A DNA stretch of 64,000 nt from Acidobacteriota bacterium (GCA_965209055.1 OZ242374.1:5536001-5600000), one strand, 5' to 3'; counted from the stretch's first letter, positions 21,122 to 29,993 are shown. The notes: a model not told the origin generated them from the letters alone. A program made the numbers and translations.

Positions 21122-21550
21122 TCAGCAAAGGGCGTGGCATGGGGCATGAAATCGTAGTAACAAGTTTGTTATTAGCAATTTACATGCTGGCCAACAATAC
21201 ACCCTGTGCCCCCACACTGTATCACAGCCGATCTCCCCAATCAGGCACCAAAGTTGGTGAATCATGCAGGCTGGCCCTTCCCCGGGGGACTTGGAATCGT
21301 AGCGCATGAACCAGGCAGGGACTTCCGGCAGCGGCGCGGAGGATTGCCTGCGGTCTCGGATCGGGTTTGTGACCTCAGCAACGCGGAACTTCAGCTTCTT
21401 GCCGGGATCAGCTGTCGGAAATGGATTGATGACGGGCTTGTGGTCTTTCGGCAATACTTCCAGCTTCAGGTGGTGCGCGATAAGCAGGAGATTGACGCCC
21501 AACTGAAGCTCCACCCGCCGATTCCCCAGGCACATGTGCGTGCCTGGCAC
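21122..21550 (-). pseudogene. C-terminal relic of a second cytochrome P450
   Basis: GTHMCLG...VELQLGVNLLLIAHH...INPFPTADPGKKLKFRV..VTNP aligns by eye with the end of the P450 at 22122..24236. Everything upstream of the heme loop is missing. Homology covers roughly 21360-21544. Confidence 0.85.
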
Positions 21551-21606
21551 CCAATAACACTTAAAGGTGCGGATACAGACTCTTCAGCTTGGTCCGTGCA
21601 TCGCCT

Positions 21607-22172
21607 TCACCTTCGGAGGCGAACAGCAGCACCAGTTGGAGTCTCTGGACGCTCTCTACCGCAGCTTCGTGCTCGCCATGCTGGCGATTTTCGCGCTCCT
21701 TGCCCTTTCCCAGGGTTCCTATGTCAGACCGTTCCTCGTGATGGCCATCATTCCCTTCGGCCTGGTCGGCGTGGTCCTAGGCCACTACGTGTTGGGAGTC
21801 CCCATCAGTGCGGCATCGTTCATGGGCTTCTTCGGGCTCAGCGGCGTCACCATCAACGACTCGCTGGTCAGGAAGAATCTCATCGATCAGCGCCGCCGGG
21901 AGGGCTCCGATGGTAAGACTGCAATCATCGATGGCGCCAAGGGACGCTTCCGGCCCATCATCCTGACCTCGGTGACGACCTTTCTCGGCTTCACGCCCCT
22001 CATTCTCGAACGGGCCATCCAGGCGCAATTCCTGGTCCCCTTCGCCGCATCCCTCGGGGTCGGGATCATGATTACGACCGGGATCTTGTTGTTGCTTGTG
22101 CCGGCGCTGCTGGCCGTCAATCTACGCGCGAATTCCCGTCACCGGGCAGCGGGGGCCGTTCCGGTTCCCTAG
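21607..22172 (+). pseudogene. C-terminal relic of a further RND permease
   Basis: FTFGGEQQHQLESL...RFRPIILTSVTT...AIQAQF parallels the last ~180 aa of 16608..19787. The 5' ~85% of the gene is absent. Confidence 0.88.
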
Positions 22173-24236
22173 CCCGTCCGGTTCCTGCGGCGGTGCCGGC
22201 GCGTGCTTTCTTGCAGAGACCGGATTCGTGACTCTAACGACGCGGAGCTTGAGCTTCTTGTTGGGGGCGGCGGTCGGGAACGGATTGATGCCGAGCTTAT
22301 AGCTTGCCGGAGACACTTTCAGGTTCACGTGGTATGCGATGAGCAGAAGATTGACGGCCATCTGAAGCTCCACCCACGGCCGCCCCAAGCAGACGTGCGT
22401 ACCCAGGCCATAGGGAGCGTAGGCCCCCGGCTGCAAATGCTCTGCCCGATCCGGCAGGTATCGGTCGATGTCGAATTTCAGCGGATCCTTGAACAAGTCG
22501 CCGGAGTAGTGTGACGCGGTCTGAGAGATCAGAAGCCGCGTCCCGGGAGGTATCTCGAAGCCACTGACGATGCACGGGTTCATGACTGTTCTCAACTGCC
22601 ACGGAATCACGGGATACAGGCGTCCGGTTTCCAGCAGGAGCCGCTGTGTGACGTCGATGGTTTCGCGAGTGAAGTCCTCCGGCTTCGGTTCACGCCCGTC
22701 ACCAAAAAGCGCCTCGGCTTCTCGACGGATCCCCGAGTACACATCCGGGTTTCGAACCATGCAATAGACGGCGAAGCCGAGCGCGCTCCCCAGGTAGATA
22801 CTGGCGACCATCGCCGCGACGAACGGAAAGGTGAGGTCCGTTTCGGGCAGGAACTGCGGGTCGTTTCGATGGAGTTCGAGGATGGCATCGGCAATATCCA
22901 GTGGCTTCCCCTTCCTCTGCGCCGGGGTGTGCGATGCGATGATCTCCTCTTGGAGTTGAACGACCCTCTGGGCCCCCTGCTTCATCCTGGGCGTGGACAG
23001 CATGAATTTCGGCAACAGGCCCTGAACCCCAATGACCAGCGCACGATGTTCGTACTCAAGCAGTTCGTCGACGTAGTGGCTGCAATCCACTCCCATCGTC
23101 AGGCTCGAGACCTGACGGCTGATATGGGTCTGGAGGGTCCCGGTTGCGCGGAAAACGTCGCCTTCGTTCCAGGAGCCGATCGATTGCCGGCAATGGTGGA
23201 TCAACTCCGGAAGCCGCCGTGCAAGCGTGGCACGGGAATAGGCACCGTGCAGGGACTTGCGCATCTTGAAGTGTTCGGCGCCATCCATGCCGGGAAGTGT
23301 TCGGGACGCGCCGAACAAACGCTCCAGCCCCTCGATGTAGTCCTTCGACCGGAGATAGAATCGGCCGTGCCGGTTGACCCACTGATTCGTGTCCGGCCCC
23401 ATCAAGGCGACGACGGGTTGCTTGTTCATCTTGAAGGGAACCCGGACGACCGGTCCGTGCTTCCGGAAGATTTCGTGCATCGCCTTGGCCATATTCCCGG
23501 AACGGAAGTCACGCACCCGCAGGAGGTCGACGATCCCGAGCTTCGGAATCGGTTTGGCTTGGAGAACCCGGCGGGTCTTCGGGTTGACGCTGCTCTGCTT
23601 CACCGCCTCGGCAACCGACCGCCCCACCAGATCCAACTGGGCGATGATCTCGATCCGATTGAGCTTTTCCTCGTAGTCTTCGGGCGAAAGCACCAGCTTG
23701 AATCCGTCGCAGGTATGCATCAATGCAACGAGAATGGCGTCGTGGGGATCCGGAATGGCGTCGGTCAAGATGGCGTCCAGGACTCTTGCCCTGGCTTCCT
23801 GACGGATCTTGTTGTCGGACGCCGAATAGCTTCCCGAGCGCGAAACGTCGCGCGAGAGCATCCAGAATCCGCCGCTTCGATACTCGAGAATTCCCCTCTC
23901 CACCAAGCGGTCCAGCGTGGCCGTTACGATTTCCTCGGAACGGGCCGCGTTCCGTTCAATCCAATACTGTGCCTCGAAGAGTTCCTTGGACTCGGCGATT
24001 TCGCTGAGCGTCGGATCGAGCAGGTTGTCTCCCGTTGGAGTCGAATCTGTGATGTACAGCACTTGCAGATCGGTGTCGATGCGATTTGCCAGCGCGAGAT
24101 CTGCGATTACGGCGCCCGCCATGACGCAGGAGAAGTTCCAGCCTGGAACCATCTCCAAATAGCCGCTCCGTTCGTTGAGCATCAGGAGGATCAGTTCTTC
24201 GGAAAGGCGAATTGGGATCTCGTCGACTTTGTTCAT
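22122..24236 (-). CDS. GPP34/GOLPH3-like domain fused to cytochrome P450
   Basis: First ~210 aa (LSEELILLML...AGAVIADLAL..RID...PTGDNLLD...LDRLVERGIL) match the GPP34 pattern. The remainder has ExxR (ETGR), FDIDRY (PERF-like) and the heme loop YGLGTHVCLG. Confidence 0.85.
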   Translation of the reverse strand: MNKVDEIPIRLSEELILLMLNERSGYLEMVPGWNFSCVMAGAVIADLALANRIDTDLQVLYITDSTPTGDNLLDPTLSEIAESKELFEAQYWIERNAARSEEIVTATLDRLVERGILEYRSGGFWMLSRDVSRSGSYSASDNKIRQEARARVLDAILTDAIPDPHDAILVALMHTCDGFKLVLSPEDYEEKLNRIEIIAQLDLVGRSVAEAVKQSSVNPKTRRVLQAKPIPKLGIVDLLRVRDFRSGNMAKAMHEIFRKHGPVVRVPFKMNKQPVVALMGPDTNQWVNRHGRFYLRSKDYIEGLERLFGASRTLPGMDGAEHFKMRKSLHGAYSRATLARRLPELIHHCRQSIGSWNEGDVFRATGTLQTHISRQVSSLTMGVDCSHYVDELLEYEHRALVIGVQGLLPKFMLSTPRMKQGAQRVVQLQEEIIASHTPAQRKGKPLDIADAILELHRNDPQFLPETDLTFPFVAAMVASIYLGSALGFAVYCMVRNPDVYSGIRREAEALFGDGREPKPEDFTRETIDVTQRLLLETGRLYPVIPWQLRTVMNPCIVSGFEIPPGTRLLISQTASHYSGDLFKDPLKFDIDRYLPDRAEHLQPGAYAPYGLGTHVCLGRPWVELQMAVNLLLIAYHVNLKVSPASYKLGINPFPTAAPNKKLKLRVVRVTNPVSARKHAPAPPQEPDGLGNRNGPRCPVTGIRA

Positions 24237-24320
24237 GATCTTCCAATCCTGATCGGTTGCCGCAATAGCAGTGTGTCCGCCTGACGCCGGCCAGTTACGA
24301 AACCGTACGATGCAGCCCCG

Positions 24321-25508
24321 TCATGGTGCCTCCTGGGGGCTGGAATCCTGCTGAACCTGGACCTTCATGCCGTCGACGACCGTGGTCAGCGTGGCCAGAG
24401 AGACCAGTTCACCCTCCTTGAGACCGGAATCGATGAGCACTCTCTCCCGTTCCAGGCGCACGACGTTGACGCGGCGGAAACGGAGCTTGGATTCCGGGTC
24501 CACGACCAGCACCTGGTCCTCGCCTCGAAGGGCCGCCCGGGGCAACGCGACGACATCCCGCATCAAACGGCCCTGGATTTCAGCTTCCACGAACATGCCC
24601 ACGGCGAGAGGGGGACGATCCGGATCGGGCCCCCGGCCATAAGGATCGGCAACCTGCGCGATGGCGTGGATCATCCGGGTCTGAGGATCGATGGTCCCAT
24701 CGGTCCGCACGATTCTCCCGGCCCAGGAGTGGTTCCGCTGGCCGAACTCGGACCGCAACCGGACGACGGGTTGGCGCTTCTGCGAGGCGTCGCCGCGGTA
24801 GCTGAGGGGCAGATCCACATACGCCAGCTCCTCGTCGGGAAGCGGTAGCCGAATCTCCGCATAGTCCACGGAATAGATGGTGGCCATGGGAGTCCCCGGG
24901 GTCACGTATTGCCCGATATCCACGTTTTTTCGAAGGACCCGCCCCGCGAACGGAGCGCTGATCCGGGTCTTTTCCAGGTTCCGTTCGGCCTGGGCCAAAG
25001 CGGCCTGAGCGGATGACAGTGCGGCCCGGGCCCGGGCGATCTGGGGCACTCGCCGCAACAGGGGACTGGCCTCCCCTTTTCCCAGACTCTGCCACTCCTT
25101 CCGGGCGACCTCGGCCTGCGCCTCTTCCGTCTCCAGGGAGAGTTGCGCCTGCGCGATCTGGGCTTCGGCCTGAACCACCTGGAGTTGGTAGTCCGTGGAG
25201 TCGATCCTGAGAAGTTCAGCGCCCGCCTCGAAGAAGCCCCCGTCCGCGAGAGAGGGGGAGACTTGCAGGACCCGGCCCGCTATCTCGGGGAACAACGTGG
25301 TCTGGGTTCGAGGAGCCACAGTCCCCTGGGACCTGACCGTCAGGCGGAGTGTTTGAAGCTCTGCGGGAACGGCTCGGATCACCGGAACCGGAACCTCCGG
25401 AGGTCGAGTCTCGACCACAGGCCGATCATTGAATATCTTCCAGGCCCACGCCGAGGCAACCGCCAAAGTCGCCACGGGCAGCAATACCTTCAGCAGAAGC
25501 TTGATCAA
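24321..25508 (-). CDS. RND efflux periplasmic adaptor (MFP), native operon copy
   Basis: QGTVAP, ISAPFAG, PPLAVGMFVEA, LPRAAL. Overlaps the OMF stop. Confidence 0.9.
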   Translation of the reverse strand: MIKLLLKVLLPVATLAVASAWAWKIFNDRPVVETRPPEVPVPVIRAVPAELQTLRLTVRSQGTVAPRTQTTLFPEIAGRVLQVSPSLADGGFFEAGAELLRIDSTDYQLQVVQAEAQIAQAQLSLETEEAQAEVARKEWQSLGKGEASPLLRRVPQIARARAALSSAQAALAQAERNLEKTRISAPFAGRVLRKNVDIGQYVTPGTPMATIYSVDYAEIRLPLPDEELAYVDLPLSYRGDASQKRQPVVRLRSEFGQRNHSWAGRIVRTDGTIDPQTRMIHAIAQVADPYGRGPDPDRPPLAVGMFVEAEIQGRLMRDVVALPRAALRGEDQVLVVDPESKLRFRRVNVVRLERERVLIDSGLKEGELVSLATLTTVVDGMKVQVQQDSSPQEAP

Positions 25509-26971
25509 TTTCCATTCTCTCCGGCAAAAGTCACCGGGAGGAGCGCTCCCGGCGCGCCCGGCGGGGCGCCGGGGTCAAAGCCGCCTCCCAGCGCCAAGTG
25601 CAGATCGATCCGATTTTCGAGGAGGAGTCGTTGAAGAGAGAGGATCTGACTCCTGGAGTTGAGGATGCGACGGTCCGTCTGCAACACCACCAGCATGTCC
25701 CCAAGACCGTGGCGATAGCGAAACCGGGCCTGTTCGCGGGCCGTTGCGGCCTCGGCGACTGATTCCTCCAGTTCGCGCAACCGATCTCTTAGAAAACTCT
25801 CGACCGACAGGGCCGTCTCGACCTCTCCGAAGGCCTGCAGCACCGCACCGGCGTAGGTTTCCAGGATTTCCTGGGACCGGCCTTGGGCAATGTCGACCTG
25901 ACGCTTGAGACGCCCTCCCTGAAAAATGGGCTGGACCAGGTTGCCCAGCAGGCTCCAGACGGCGAAGTCCGCGTTCAACAGGCTCAACAGACCTTTGGTG
26001 GCCGTTCCGCCGGCCGTGGTGAGACTCAGGCGGGGGTGCAGAGCCGATTGAGCCTGAACGATTCCCACATCGGAGGCCAGCAGACGCCGCTGCGCCGCGA
26101 TGAGATCGGGCCGGCGCGTCAGGAGCTGCGAGGGGACACCGGCCGGAACACCGGAGGCAACCTCGGGAAGGCTTTTTCCAGCTTGAAGATCCCCGTCGGG
26201 ATAGCGTCCCGCCAGGAGTTCGACTTGGCGAATACCGCGGTCCAACTGCTCGCGGCGGAGATGGATGGCGGATTCGGCGGCAGAAATGTCCGCCTCCACA
26301 AGACTGATTTCCAGGGCCGGCCCCAGACCCGCCTCAAAGCGGTTGCGGAGCCAACGAGAGGTCGCCTCGAAACTGGCCACCATCTCGCGGGCCAGAGCCA
26401 GTTGAAGATTCGCCTCCGAACAGGCGAACCAAGCCTTGGCCGTCTGGCCCGCCAACGAATGCCTCGCCGCCGCAAGATCCGCCGCATGCGCGGAGGCGAC
26501 AGCACCGGCCAGGATTTCGCCGCTGCGGATTCTGCCCCAAAGGTCCGCTTCCCAGTTGATGTCCAGGGAGGCGCCCAGGTTGGTGAACGTGGCCCGAGGC
26601 ACCCGGCCTTCGAAACCCGGTATGGGAAAACCGATGAAGTTCTGCCGCTGACGGCGCCCGTTCAAGCTGAGTCCAACCGACGGCATCCGGTCGGCGCCGG
26701 CGAGCTCGGCCTCGATCAGGGCCGTCTCCAAGCGGGCGGCGACGGCCCGCAGTTGAGAATTGTGGCGGAGCGTTTCCTTGATCAACGCATCCAATTGCGG
26801 ATCCCGAAACTGTTTCCACCAATGGACATCCACCTGCCCCTCCGTTGCCGTCCCCGAATCCCACGCCTCTGGAATCGGCAGACTCGGCTGCCTTTCGGGG
26901 GGTGCGGCGGTCCGGACGCAGGCGGCTCCCGAAAGCAGCATGGCCAGCAAGAGAAAGTGAGTGGATCTCAT
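25505..26971 (-). CDS. outer membrane efflux lipoprotein (NodT/OprM/TolC family)
   Basis: Lipoprotein signal MRSTHFLLLAMLLSGAAC, WWKQFRDPQL, WEADLWGR, LLTRRPDL, LHLALGGG. ATG 26971 overlaps the TetR stop. Confidence 0.9.
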   Translation of the reverse strand: MRSTHFLLLAMLLSGAACVRTAAPPERQPSLPIPEAWDSGTATEGQVDVHWWKQFRDPQLDALIKETLRHNSQLRAVAARLETALIEAELAGADRMPSVGLSLNGRRQRQNFIGFPIPGFEGRVPRATFTNLGASLDINWEADLWGRIRSGEILAGAVASAHAADLAAARHSLAGQTAKAWFACSEANLQLALAREMVASFEATSRWLRNRFEAGLGPALEISLVEADISAAESAIHLRREQLDRGIRQVELLAGRYPDGDLQAGKSLPEVASGVPAGVPSQLLTRRPDLIAAQRRLLASDVGIVQAQSALHPRLSLTTAGGTATKGLLSLLNADFAVWSLLGNLVQPIFQGGRLKRQVDIAQGRSQEILETYAGAVLQAFGEVETALSVESFLRDRLRELEESVAEAATAREQARFRYRHGLGDMLVVLQTDRRILNSRSQILSLQRLLLENRIDLHLALGGGFDPGAPPGAPGALLPVTFAGENGN

Positions 26972-27624
26972 CTGCAGTTTTCCCGTGATGGAATCGGAGT
27001 CCGAAAGCCGGCTGCCAGAAACGAAACCAGTCGGTCGACGACCTCGTCCACCTGGGACGGTTCCGGAACATCCAGAAAAAGGTTCTCCAGATTCTTCCAG
27101 TCGGCGATCACGTGAAGCGTATGGGACATGGCCCCTACCATGAAATGGAATCTCCAGAACGCTTCTTCCCTGGAAAGATGGGGCAGCCTTGGACCCAACG
27201 CGCCGGAAAAACGCTCGATCACTTCGGCGAACTGTCCATAAATCATCTCCCGAATCGCTCCGTCGGGCGAGTTGAAGGCCCGGGAGAGAAGCTGCATGAA
27301 ACGCATGCCGCCCCTCTCCGGATCCCGGATCAGTTGTACCGGAGGTCGTACGAACGCCTCCAGGATCTGTTCCAGGGAGGGCTCCCCCGCACCGCCGCCT
27401 GCCTGGCAACGGTCCAGGAGCGCCAGGCGCTGCCGATTGAGAGGAGACAGCCGAAGGGCGAAGAGTTCCTGGATCAGTTGATCCTTGGAACCGAAATGAT
27501 AGTGCATGGCGGCCAGATTCACTTTGGCCCGGGAGGTGATCATCCGAACCGAGGTCGCAGAGAATCCCCGATCCGCAAAGAGCCCTTCCGCCGCATTCAG
27601 GATCCTGGACCTGGTGGCCAGCAT
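26968..27624 (-). CDS. TetR family regulator, PsrA-like
   Basis: TetR HTH (ILNAAEGLFADRGF...VNLAAMHYHFGSKD) and C-terminal WRFHFMVGAM resembling PsrA-type regulators. Confidence 0.85.
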   Translation of the reverse strand: MLATRSRILNAAEGLFADRGFSATSVRMITSRAKVNLAAMHYHFGSKDQLIQELFALRLSPLNRQRLALLDRCQAGGGAGEPSLEQILEAFVRPPVQLIRDPERGGMRFMQLLSRAFNSPDGAIREMIYGQFAEVIERFSGALGPRLPHLSREEAFWRFHFMVGAMSHTLHVIADWKNLENLFLDVPEPSQVDEVVDRLVSFLAAGFRTPIPSRENCR

Positions 27625-27635
27625 GGTTCTCCCGG

Positions 27636-27651
27636 TAAAACAATCGTTTTA
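27636..27651. promoter_or_regulatory. putative TetR(PsrA-like) operator
   Basis: Perfect inverted repeat TAAAAC-aatc-GTTTTA 11 bp upstream of the TetR start, resembling the AAAC-N2-4-GTTT PsrA box. Confidence 0.6.
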
Positions 27652-27863
27652 AACGTACGATGGTTCTACACAAAACGCGATACGCCTGTCAATTGGATGC
27701 CGGCCGGGACGCTTCGATCCGGGCGGACCGCCGGAAAAACCTCCCGGAGTCGAAACCATGCTCGTTTCGTGGCCGAAAACGCTCGGCGCGGTTGGCGCCC
27801 TTTTCGACCGTTCCGAGTCCGCCGTTCGACGGGGCTGCAGCGTGGCGCAAGGACGCCAGGGCG

Positions 27864-28100
27864 CTACCTCCGGTGGATCGTCAGCTGGTCGAGCAGGAAA
27901 TCTTCCAGAAGTTCGTCGTCACCGGCCAAGTCCTGCACCCGCTCCCAGGGCAACTCCAGGCGGAAGCTTTTCACACGAAGATGGCTGATCTCTACCGAGA
28001 GCCCGCCTTCGCCCGATCCGACTTCGACCCGGGCGTCCGATCCCAGATGGAAGAGAACGAAATTGTCCAACTCTTCCAGGAATTTGCGCTTCGCCGTATC
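27864..28100 (-). CDS. small hypothetical protein, start codon unclear (possibly decayed)
   Basis: Protein-like frame DTAKRKFLEELDNFVLFHLG...LLEDFLLDQLTIHRR* preceded by GGAGGAG, but no canonical start codon at the expected spacing. Confidence 0.3.
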   Translation of the reverse strand, partial: DTAKRKFLEELDNFVLFHLGSDARVEVGSGEGGLSVEISHLRVKSFRLELPWERVQDLAGDDELLEDFLLDQLTIHRR

Positions 28101-28126
28101 CCGGGGATCTCCTCCGAGAGCTGCGA

Positions 28127-28432
28127 TCAGACGAGCGCTCCCACTCCGGGAGGGATCTCGCCGGCCGGAGTCTCCGGAAAGGCCGCCAGGTCCTTCCGTT
28201 CCTGCGAGAAATTCTTGTCGTCGTCGAGGCCGCGGCCCAGGGAGTTGGACTCGACCGTCGGCGGGTTGTCTGCGGGAAAGTGGACGGGGGGTAACTCCGG
28301 GGGCGCCTGAATCTGGAAGGGTTCGCCGATGGGCATGGAGCCGGCAGCCTGCCCGGCAGGGGTAAGGGCGTAGCCGCTCGAGAGCGGCAGGCAGGCGGCG
28401 GAGGCCACTGCGGTGAGACAACGAAAATTCAT
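28127..28432 (-). pseudogene. internally deleted di-heme cytochrome c peroxidase/MauG-like gene
   Basis: Signal peptide then PPELPPVHFPADNPPT...LGR (CCP N-terminus) joined almost directly to QERKDLAAF.ET..GEIP (CCP C-terminus). No CxxCH left. Confidence 0.55.
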
Positions 28433-28567
28433 GACGGACCTGTCTCCTCCAGAAAAAAACCGTGAGCGCCAACCACAGCGTTCGAAAGTAGTTTAACCCG
28501 AATCTCTGATGCTGTGCCTGGATCTACGGCGTATTTGAGCTCACCGGTACCGGAAACCGGGCGCGGA

Positions 28568-29599
28568 TTACGGCATATGCTCGACCAACTCCACAAGCAG
28601 TTCGCGGATTCGAGGAACCTGCGGCTCATCGATCTTCAGATGCCGATGGCGCCCGTGGCCACCCGGCTCGAAACGGGTCCGGCCTACCGGATCGAGGATC
28701 ACCTCCCCCGGTTCCGAGACCCGGAAGTCATCGCGTCCGGGGCGCACCCCGTATAGGACGCTGGTCAGATCCCACGTGGGCCGGTCCGGAAGGTTCGGGA
28801 CGTACAACTCGTAGGCCTCGCGGACGGGATGGCCCCCGGCGGCGCCGGCCTCTCGCCGCATGCGCTCTCCTGGGTAACGGATGGCCATCCCCACCTCGTA
28901 GGCGCTCACGACGATGGGCGTGGGCCAGGCGTCGAAGAGCTTTCGTGCGGACGGCAGATCCTTGTAGACATTGTACTCCCGCCCATCCTTCGGCCCGGGT
29001 TGACCGAAGCTGCCCGCCACCATGGAGAGCAGGCGGATCTTCCTGGCCGCCAGATCTCTTCCTTGAAGCGGGGAGTACCGGTCGGGTGGAGAATCGAGGA
29101 GACGGGCCAGGTTGGTGGAGAAACCCACCTGGAGCATGACCACCGATTGATCGGGCTGACCCGCCAATGTCCGCCGCAGCAAGGGGGTGGCCTCCTCCAC
29201 CTCGCCGGGACGAGTCAGAGATCGAGCATACCGCAGCCTGCCTTGATTCCCGGCTTCGCAGATTTGGCGAACATACCGGCCATCCAACGGCGTGGGACCA
29301 TTTCGGACGATCCCTATGGGGATTCCGGGTCTTCCGTAGTAGTGGTTGAGCAGATCGCAGTAGGCGGCCGCATAGAAGTTGTCCTTGCTGACGGTCACGG
29401 CCAGAAGCCGGCATTCTCCCCGGTCCTGAAGCGCGTGAATGACGGCGAGCGCCATGGCGTCGTCGACGTCGTTCCCCATGTCGGTGTCGTAGATCAGCCG
29501 CACCGGGCCGTCGGTCTCCTGCTCCACCGGTGCGCCAGAGACATCCCCATGGAGCCGGACAGCAACTGCCAGGAGAAGAATAAAGACTCCACGCATCAT
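28568..29599 (-). CDS. nucleoside hydrolase family protein (secreted)
   Basis: IYDTDMGNDVDDAMALA aspartate cluster, TNLARLL, EYNV, PTWDL, and a signal peptide after ATG 29599. Confidence 0.85.
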   Translation of the reverse strand: MMRGVFILLLAVAVRLHGDVSGAPVEQETDGPVRLIYDTDMGNDVDDAMALAVIHALQDRGECRLLAVTVSKDNFYAAAYCDLLNHYYGRPGIPIGIVRNGPTPLDGRYVRQICEAGNQGRLRYARSLTRPGEVEEATPLLRRTLAGQPDQSVVMLQVGFSTNLARLLDSPPDRYSPLQGRDLAARKIRLLSMVAGSFGQPGPKDGREYNVYKDLPSARKLFDAWPTPIVVSAYEVGMAIRYPGERMRREAGAAGGHPVREAYELYVPNLPDRPTWDLTSVLYGVRPGRDDFRVSEPGEVILDPVGRTRFEPGGHGRHRHLKIDEPQVPRIRELLVELVEHMP

Positions 29600-29906
29600 C
29601 GGATTCCCTTCCCGGCACTGACCGTTACAGCATGCGCCACTTGGCAGATTCGGTTTACTCGCGTTCAGGACTCTCCGGTTCTCGTACCAACCGGTTCGCC
29701 ATCCCAAGCGGCCGCGTGACCATTTCTCAATATCAATGGCCGACCAATTTACGACTTGCATCGTACGTCCGCAATCCACGTCGCCACTTACGAACCCACA
29801 TCCGGCCTCGACGCTTGCCGATGGCCGCCGTGGCAGGAGAGTGCACCCGGCCCAGTGATGGCTCCCTTCGACCAATCAATGATCAATATTCGACGCAATC
29901 CTGCAC

Positions 29907-29993
29907 GACACTTTCAATCTGCCGCAGGTGAAAGTTACAATCTGCCGTGCCTGAAACTTTCAATCTGCCGCAGGTGAAAGTTACAATCTGCCG
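29907..29993 (+). repeat. 4 x 23-bp tandem repeat array (two 46-bp super-units)
   Basis: CAATCTGCCG at 29915, 29938, 29961 and 29984. 38-bp exact repeat at 29910-29947 and 29956-29993. The array ends immediately before ATG 29994. Confidence 0.95.

Larger units (their letters stand above)
13556..24328. mobile_element. inserted genomic island (~10.76 kb) carrying putative sterol-modifying genes, no mobility gene
   Basis: TCATGGTG direct repeat at 13556-13563 and 24321-24328 (13/15 match when extended leftwards). Removing the island plus one repeat restores GGAGG-CACC-ATGA stop/start coupling between the MFP (24321..25508) and the RND (10305..13559). Confidence 0.75.

Noticed and set aside
13564-24320. 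Island considered as a transposon or integrative element with its own mobility genes
   Set aside because: There are no terminal inverted repeats and no transposase, integrase or relaxase inside. Only the short direct repeat supports insertion.
29907-29993. Repeat array considered as a mini-CRISPR
   Set aside because: The period is only 23 bp, the intervening bases are ~5 nt and themselves repeated, there are no unique spacers, and no cas genes are present.
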